DNA of 63,719 bases, counting the filler, from Hausera hauseri (lineage: Eukaryota): the NCBI GenBank assembly GCA_046269625.1. It is 12 parts of 12 records of this genome, joined end to end, with 100 filler letters (N's around TTAATTAATTAA, not from the genome) between each part and the next. Parts side by side here need not be neighbours in the genome. Positions count along the whole stretch, not along the records: positions 53,961 to 58,103 come from JBJURY010736988.1; positions 58,204 to 63,719 come from JBJURY010238184.1; 10 more parts are not named here. The stretch is one strand, 5' to 3'. A program made the translations under genes and the position numbers. Below are positions 55,157 through 63,719 of this stretch, piece after piece. Under the pieces are notes generated by a model. The model was not told the origin of the DNA. It searched no databases and saw only the letters and a list, made by a program, of their open reading frames with translations. Within the stretch, counting starts at the first letter, position 1, and every line of letters starts with the position of its first letter.

Positions 55157-56336
55157 TTAAATGGGTTTTTTTATATTGTTATAGATTTTCAACATAGTTA
55201 TAGCTTTTTCATTTGTTCTTTGTAGGTATTCACCATTATTGTATTTTATCAAAATTTGAGCTTGAGTCAAGAGATTTTCGGGATTTATTTCCTTGGAATA
55301 AAGGAGATCTGTAATTCCCAATACCGCATTAATATCAAACAGAGTAGTGTTGGTTATTTCCATAAACGTTCATTCCTACAATCATTTTACCGATTAATTG
55401 TTGTCGGATCACTGGTTCTGCTTCATATTGGTCTGTTTGACCGATTACATCGGTTTTCTTTAAGCCGGTAATTCGACAGTTATAGTTGTCGATACGGTTT
55501 CGAGGGCAAATAATTTGATTGTGTAAAATATTTCCATCTAGATTCATAATAGTGATTTCAACAGGTGTCTGCTCTTTTGAGCGGATGGGTTTCATAAGGT
55601 AAGCGCCATTTATGGCCATTATAATAACTTCTTCGTTAGGAATTTGTGGTGATCTGGCAAATGATACACCTTGTTCTAGTTGTGATCGGTCTGGAATCTT
55701 AATAGGATAGCTGGCAGGCTTGGGATATTCCAAGTGAGGAAGGGTTTCTCTTCGGGTTATTTCTATATAGATCACTGGCGGGGGTCTGCTTTGTGGTCTC
55801 AAAATTATTGCAGCATTTTTATAAAGACGCTGGTCAAGGCGAATTGTTGTAAAGGGTATAAGGTCTACGGTGTCGATCATTCCGTTCAGATGAGCACGGC
55901 TTTTTATTTGAACAATTTCTTTAACTGCCGATATATAAACTGAGGTAGTACGATTAGAGAGGTCAACGATATCGGATAGCTTGGTTGAAGCAGTTGGCAG
56001 CTGAATAATTAGGCCACTTCGCTGTATAACTAGGTGACCTTTTAGGTTGTTTGGAATTAAAGAACATTTTCCATAGTATAGATAATCTTTCTGTACGGTT
56101 GTATTGAGGTTGGTGATGATATTAAAATAAAACGATTTGGGTCTATCGGCCATCTCTGATCCTTCTCGGACTGAAAGGAAACACATCAATATAAGATAAG
56201 AGAGTGTTTTAAAAATAACATTTTGGTAGGTCGCAAAAAATTTAGCAACCCAATTTTTAATATGTACGTTTTTTGTGTAGGTTGCGAAAATTAGTGCAGC
56301 CTTATCTTTTATGTGTGCATACATATAGTGCAACAT
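55157..56336 (-). CDS. Accessory ORF (one frameshift near 55360) with a C-terminal REX4/ISG20-like DEDDh fold, catalytic residues apparently lost
   Basis: EITIMNLDGNILHNQIICPRNRIDNYNCRITGL...LIGKMIVGMNV...TNEKAITMLKIY parallels the REX4 pattern RVSIVN..G.V..D..VKP...V.DYRT.VSGI...L.GRILVGH...SVEDARATM.LY. Confidence 0.65.
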
Positions 56337-57645
56337 TTGTTAACGGTGAGAGTTGCCGTTTAGAGTCTGATGGCTTTTCAGCCTGGGAGGGCGCATCTAT
56401 ATCATCAACCCAATCATCGTTTTGGGATACCTCTCTTAATAATTTTAATTGTTGTATCATTTTTCTTGTCTTGCGCATTCTACGTCTCACTTTATAGCAA
56501 TAAATTATTGTCGGTAATAATATAATTATTGAAACTAAAAGAACTCCTAGAGTGATAATCATCCAGAGATATCTATTAGAAGTTTCTACTGGGGTTTGTA
56601 TAGTAGTTGTTTTTATAATTTTCCTCGTAACAATCATTGGCAATTTTAACGTTTTCTCCATTTTTTTAACAACTTGTAAAGTCTGCCCGTCTTCGTCCAA
56701 TTCTATTATAACGACTTTATAGTTTGTGTTAGCTTTTAAAGGCATACAGACTGATGTTGGCTCTTCCTGAGTTAAGACTCCTTCGCTAATTACTTTATGA
56801 TTAAGATGACACTCAAATTTTATATTCGTGTTCTTTAAGTCAGACACTGTAATAATTAGTGAGTAAGTTGTTGGTTGGATAATTATGTCCAGTTCTTTGA
56901 TACTTTTCTTAGATTCCATAATTGAACTGGTTACCATTTTATATAATGTAGTTAATATATTTGGTTGTGTTGCCAAGATAGTTGTTTTTCTTGTCGAAGT
57001 AGGGGTTACCTTTACCGGGGATCTTACTATTATCTCTGGTCCATCTGCCGTTTTTGACCATGTATAACCATTGTATGTGGTCCAATAGTATATAGTATAC
57101 TGTTTATCGAAAACGATAGGACAGCATTTATAGGGATTTTGATAGTTTGGTTCACAGTGTATACTATTAGTTCCATCAAATATTATATACTTGAATTTTA
57201 TATACTCTGTAATTACAACATCTGGTTCCGCGGTTACACAAGGTCCATCCTTCATGACCTTAGTATAAAATAAAATAAGAAAATATGGTCGATGGAAATA
57301 ATGTGTAGTACCGGGGAATGAGAAGTATGTTCTATAGCTGTGGTCGCTCTTTCCCGTTGCGTATTGAATCCTGTACGTTTCTCCAACTGAAAGTCCGCAG
57401 CAAGTATGTATTGAATGATTGTAGTACAAATCACAATTTTTTGGTGTCGCTTTTTCCACAATAGGTAATTTTGATATGAATATATGTGTATATTCGTTTA
57501 TTGTTAAGTTCCGGTTGGCTGTAATTTTTACACATGGATATTTTCCGACTTGAACAGCTTTTTACTTGACATTCAGAGATTGAGTCGATACACAAGTCAT
57601 TAAACTTAATATCATAAACATTGTTACTAATAATAAATTAAGATT
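56302..57645 (-). CDS. Env-like type I membrane protein in frame with integrase (one TAA at 57562-57564)
   Basis: Signal peptide LNLLLVTMFMILSLMTCVST, three Cys-bearing FN3-like modules, T-rich stalks, TM YLWMIITLGVLLVSIIILLPTIIYCY and basic stop-transfer KVRRRMRKTRK. Confidence 0.75.
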
Positions 57646-58103
57646 TCCACTCCTAATCCTTGATTCTGTTGGTGCTGGCTTACATCTGTTTACGTGGACT
57701 TTTATTGGGTCTATCTTATTTCTTTTATTTTTGTTCAAGTAGATGTTTGTTTCATCTACCTTTTGGACCATATATGGACCTTTATATGGTCTATCCAGTT
57801 TTGGCGTTCTGCCTTTCTTATTTAGGGGCGTGTGTAACATAACTTTGTCTCCCGGTTTGAAACCATGAGATTTGACTTTCTCATCATATCTCTCTTTATA
57901 CTCTTTTTGACATATTTTTATGTCGTAAAGCCAGGTTCCACACACCCAAGTTTTTCTTCCAATAATTTTCTATACTCCATGTCCTTTAGATGAGACACGG
58001 GCATTTTAAAGTCTATATCAACTGGCATGTGCGTATCTCTAAGATACATTAAATAAAACGGAGTTTCTTTTGTCGCAGGATGGATTGTATTCCTTATGGC
58101 GAA
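57646..58103 (-). mobile_element. pol: Ty3/gypsy integrase C-terminal region
   Basis: FAIRNTIHPATKETPFYLMYLRD..MPVD, FKPGDKVML, KLDRPYKGPY (GPY/F) and VHVNRCKP. Confidence 0.9.
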
Positions 58104-60063
58104 NNNNNNNNNNNNNNNNNNNNNNNNNNNNNNNNNNNNNNNNNNNNTTAATTAATTAANNNNNNNNNNNNNNNNNNNNNNNNNNNNNNNNNNNNNNNNN
58201 NNNCTTTGATTGGCTCAAAAAAAATTAGTTGTAGATATTTGTAGACCAGTTAACGTCAAGTTTAGTTTGTATAAACATTTTAATTGACAACAAAATGTTT
58301 ACTTGAACTTAGGTGTACAAACTTTAGCCCAAGTTTCTCTACAAACTTAGAACAAATACTTTGCAAGTTGAAATGGAACCGGAAATAGTGTACTTAGAAA
58401 CATGATATTTTAATTAGAAACAATAGAATGACATTTTAGTAACTTAAATAATACATTTGTTGTCAACGAAGAAATAAAATTAACTGCTCCTTACAGTTTA
58501 TACCTCAAAGCGACGAGAACATAATTTATAAGTTCATGTGTAAAGACATGCTTCTGTGAGTAGGTTTATAGCGAAGAGAAAAAAACCTCTTCCACGTGAC
58601 ATTCCGTGTTTGGAAGTGTAATATGCAAACGATTAGAACATGGCGTCAGTCAATGTATAAAGTTTTATACTGATTGTGGTATTCTTTTGTTAACCAATAC
58701 AAGGGGAAATTGTTGTCATTGAACCAAAAATGTGTGGGCAGTCTTTTGTGTTCCATTCAGTTGGATATGATTGTAGCTACAATTCTTCGTATCATCTGTT
58801 GGATTTTACTCACGAACTATTTTAAAGCAATCTTCATCTTCTTACGTCGCCATTGATTGTTCGCTTGGATAATATACGTACATTATGTATCCTCTGACGT
58901 AAGTATTTAGTTTGTGCTACTATTATCATAACAGCAATCACAGCAGTGAAATTAAAACAAAACGGCCAATTGTTGTCAATTTATAACATTTCGACGCAGA
59001 CCAACAAATGTCACATTAACATATGGAGACTGACGGTCACAATTTCGAAGACCATTGTAGATGCCCAACCGTTTTTACAGTAAAACAGATACGAAAGTTT
59101 GTCACAAATGTTATCAACATGTATTAAATCTGACTTCCCCTGCATCACAAAGATATCCGTGCCTAGTAGTCAGTCCTTAAAATATACGATCTGAACGTTT
59201 GTAAAAACAGTACCGAAGCTGTCGATATCAGGAAAGGATTAACATCGAAACATAAAAGCTGACTTCCTACCATCTTCATGTATCGTATTAGACTAGTATT
59301 ACTATAAGAACCTGATCGGAGATAACTGTAAACCATACGTAAGAACGTTGATGAGAGACAGTAAAAATAACAGTTATAGCTGCTCAGATTGTATTACAGT
59401 TCACATATCAATGTGAATAAATCATACATAGCACATTGAAACTAAACAATACAGTGACTATAGACGCTAGCCAAGCAGCATAACAATAAAGAAGGTATTG
59501 AAACCTCCCCGCCGAAGTTACAAGAGATATTCGAGCCCAGGGGTCATCATCACAAGTTACAGTACGAACCTCAGAATACTTTAATTGGAGAATTAAAAGG
59601 ACAAATAAAACTCTTATTGTGTTTGAGACAAGCATGAGTATTTTATACCGAGCTGGTTAAGGAACGTTATCACCAATCAGACCCGAGGGATAATTTGTGA
59701 CCCAATGATGAACGAGTATATGACAAAACAAAAAACCCGGGGACGTGTTTAACTGCTGGCGCTTAATGAAACTTGTGCCCGCGGGAGACGTCATGATTTG
59801 ATCTGGGAAGAATCCCACCAAGTTTACTGGTATGTATGCGAGCTAATTAAATTACAGAATCAAGTTGTTTGATGACATGACGAGAACGGCTACGTCTGTG
59901 AGTATGGCTTTTATTTAATACCTGACTGACAAGATTACTAGGAATAATCTTCTAATTGTCCACAGTTGAAACCCGCTGTGACGTACAACATACATATCAG
60001 CCATTCAGTAACACCGGCCTCAGGCAACAAATACGCTGAGATATAATTAGCATTATTTTCATA

Positions 60064-63048
60064 ATGGCCCGAGATATCGTTACTTCCGTCAGAAACATTC
60101 TGCCCGTATGTGCCATGTTAATAGCTATCACTTCACAAGAGATAGGTCGGATATCAAGATTAAATGTAAAAGGCAAAACGAGATATCATCTAGTGGACAT
60201 TTTTGATACCAAATCCCATACATCGATGGCGGATGACAATAAAGACAGTTACCATAGGGACGGAAGGATGGAAGGCGCTTATTCAAACAGAGCATATCAC
60301 AATCGGCAATTATCTCATCCGATTAATCACTTTAAACAGCTGCAATCAAAAACAAAATACTACCAAAGTGCAACAAATGGCAGACATCGTTCATCTGTAA
60401 CTAAAGAAAATGCTGCAGTCAGGTCATATATTCCATCACCACAGACATACCGATCCAGTGACAGTAAAAACAGACCGTACATTTTTTCTGCCCATTTAAC
60501 CTCTAGTTTTAATCCCTTACCGTCCAGCCATGAAACTCAAGCCCAGGTCAATAAGAATAATATCAAACAGAGAGATGCTGGCGATGACCTGTCTATGTTT
60601 TATCTGACTCCCTCAGAGACAATAAATAATAATGTACTAACAATGGATCATCACATTACGGAATCACCAGATTATCCTTCAGGACTTGCCAACCATCGTC
60701 AAGAATCAATCACATTTCGTCCTGAATTAGTTACTCATCGTCCAGAATCAATCGCTCATACTCCAGAATCAGCCATTCACGCGCCAAAATCAGTAGATAG
60801 TAAACAAGAATCTTTTGTCAGTATAGAAGACTCTAGAGACGTTATGCAGATGTCATATGTCAGTTCACCATTTATTTTAGACCGTACTCTCGGATTTACA
60901 CAGAATATACCAGAATCTGTAAACCAAACGCCAATATTTATTGATCACAGGCTAGGATCAGTGGACTATATAGAAAGAGGAGAAGACCATATTACAGTAT
61001 CAAAAGACCATATCATAATATCAGTAAACCATACTCCAGAATCAGTTGAATATAAACTGGATTCAATAGACCTAGTACCTTTAGACCAGAAACAAGTAAC
61101 AGCAGATCATACTGCAGGATCAGCAGCTTATACTAAATTAGCAAACCTTTCACCGGGATCTGTACAACAGGGAACGCGGGCTTTAGAAGACGTACCTGCA
61201 GGTGTGACATCAGAACCACTTCGTGAGGTTTCTGCCAGCAGAACCCACTCACGATTTCCTAGTAAAGCGACAAGTTCTACGCCACGCACTGTTGGTGAAA
61301 ATATTTTTTGTTCAGAGTCAAACCAAAGTCACAGAAAGTCCAGACTGAGAAAAGCTGGAGAAGCAAGCGACAGAATGAACTATAGAAACGATATCAATGG
61401 TAATAAAAACAATATTTCAGACCACGAATTCACGATAAAATCTTTTCAGAAGTTCGTCCGACATGGCACTGTGGAATCCGGAAACGGAAATAGGATGGAG
61501 GATACAGGTAGTTTTCAAACTGAGAATCCGGAAAAGTATTCCGTTTATCTCGGAGATTTAAAGCCTGAAAGCGGACAAGATCAGGCCGGTGGCTATTATC
61601 AGCTAGGTATATTTAAACATTTTAATGACGTAAAGAAGGTTTCTCGCATACTTAAAGAGCAGGAGAAAGTAGAACAATTGTCACACCATAAAGACATCGA
61701 AAATGACAAGAGACGTCCTGATGAAAAGAACATAATACAGTCAGGACCAGCCAAAAAAGCTTTACTAAAGAGCCTTGGAAAAAGCCGGCATCCAATCGTG
61801 TCTCAGCTCTCGGAATTGAGCAGGAATAGTTATACACGTTTTTCCTATAATCAAATTGCCGAGGAAAACGATGATAGTCAGCGATATGAGGGGTTGCATT
61901 CTGGGAATTCGACATTGTCTAGACGGTTGGATTCTGAGGAAGTGTCAGATAAGTCTCTAACACGGCCAGATAACACTGGTGTATTCACAACATCATCTTC
62001 CCTTGACTTCAACAATTTTGTATCAGAGAAGAGTTCTCATAATGTTGCAAAGTTAGACCACACTGGATATTCAAGAAGACATAACATCAAAGATATGCAA
62101 GAAGGCGACACCAATGGAGGAGAACCTCACTTTGAACGTTTTAGTGACTCTTATCTGCCTGATACGATGGAGAATCATCTTGGGCACTCGCCGGTTGCTT
62201 TAGCAAAAAATGTACGGTACACAAGTGACAGTTTCAAGGATTTCACTGAAATGGCTAAACTGAACGATTTGACATTTATCAGTGATAGGCGCAAGACTTT
62301 CTACGGCATTAACATGAACACTGGCGTTTTCGATGCCAGGAAAAAAGTGACACGGAACAAAACACATTCTGCCCGCGTGAAACGTTCAATTAGTTTGTCT
62401 TTCAACGCACCTCCACCTTCACCACCATCTTCGGTGTCATTATACTCAGCGTGGACCAATTTCACATTAGTTTCTTCATTTTTATCAACGGAGGCATCGG
62501 TAATATCATCTAGTACGCTGCCTGTGAAAAGACCTTCATTAAACGCAACTCTTGTATTTCCTCAAATAATAAAAGACGCACCATTAGAATTGTCCAACAC
62601 ATCGGCTCCATCGTTAGGGTCATCAGCGGAAATTACGCCCCATGCCTTCTTAAATAAGAAGGCACCAATCTTAGAAAAACAGATTCTCAAGATTGGAGTC
62701 ATTCTGGGCTTTAACTCAAGGCTGCCTTGGGTGATCAACAAAACCAGGCCTGCTATAGAGATGGCGGCTGAGAAGGTTCAAGGGCCGAATGGGTCACTTC
62801 CAAACTTTAATATTCAGATCATCTACAGAGACTCCCAGTGTTCGGATACATTTGGATCTCTCGAGGGCATTGATCTCTATGTAAAAAATTTAGCACATGT
62901 CTTTATAGGACCAAGCTGTGATTATTCAATCGCCCCTTTGGCCAGATTCTCCTATTACTGGGGGGATGGGATCCCCATCCTGACAGCCGGTGCTTTGGTT
63001 AATGCCTTTGAGAATAAAACTGAATTCAGGCTTCTAACAAGAGTTCAG
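60064..63048 (+). CDS. First exon (995 codons) of a natriuretic peptide receptor / receptor guanylyl cyclase-like gene
   Basis: The ANF-receptor domain starts near aa 875: LKIGVIL, RPAIEMAAEKV, YRDSQCS, FIGPSCDYSIAPLARFSYYW, PILTAGA, LLTRVQ. Splice donor cag|gtagat at 63048/63049. Confidence 0.85.
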
Positions 63049-63719
63049 GTAGATATGCAGTCACTTTGTTATACATACGTTTGTTTATTTATAAAATAAA
63101 TTGTAGCATGAGTGAGGAATTGTTATCAAACGCAAGACAGAAGAGCAAATACACGTTCTGACGTCACAAACACAGGGTTTCCCAATAGTTGCCTTAGATA
63201 TGAGTTAACGACATTAAAATTATAGTTAGTCATGTTGATACAATACGAAATTCCAGTACTTCAGGTTTTTACTCCTTTTGTCTAGTGTCTATCTTATTTA
63301 TTTACTCACGTATTTACGCACTCATGTATTTTCTGTCAACAGCCAGAATGAACTTTGTTTTATTTTGTTTTCATTATTTTTTTTCTTCTATTTGTTTATG
63401 CTGTGCCCATATATTTTCTGAACACAGCGTCAAGCTTGCGGTAGAATTCTTCTTTAGTTGTTTCTCCACAATCATTTGTTGGTGCATAACCCTGGATCAC
63501 ATTCATGTTGATTTTCGTTCTCATTGTGCGAAAGGGCGAAATTATAATTCTTGAACCATATGCTTCTCATCCAATAAGCGCTTTCTTTGCTGGGTATGAG
63601 GTGAATTTTCGTCTTCATGACCTGAGTGTATGATTTGTTCTCCTGAGCTCAGTCTCTTCTGTCCTAATCCCATCCACCGTTTTCACAAATTCTTAGTATA
63701 TTTATATTGTAGTTTTTCA

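Overview
This is not one contiguous locus. It is 12 unrelated eukaryotic (animal-like) contigs joined by identical artificial 100-nt linkers (44 N + TTAATTAATTAA + 44 N). Most of the content is transposable-element DNA: several Ty3/gypsy LTR retrotransposon pieces, a degraded Polinton/Maverick (pPolB relic, packaging ATPase, GGFL-type protein, integrase), an hATm-like DNA transposon with a nested mariner, further mariner and DD37E elements, LOA-like and RTE-like LINEs, SINE relics and a foldback element. Host genes are a complete 4-exon SLC25A44-like carrier, one FAM120B-like exon, and a very large first exon of a natriuretic-peptide-receptor/receptor guanylyl cyclase-like gene. The most interesting signal is in two separate, diverged gypsy elements (45650-49736 + and 53961-58103 -). 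In both, the integrase C-terminus reads in frame into a signal peptide, followed by repeated C-x9/10-CC, FN3-like modules. In the more intact copy these are followed by a transmembrane anchor and then an apparently catalytically dead REX4/ISG20-like DEDDh exonuclease domain before the PPT/LTR. All family assignments come from motif recognition by eye; no database searches were run.
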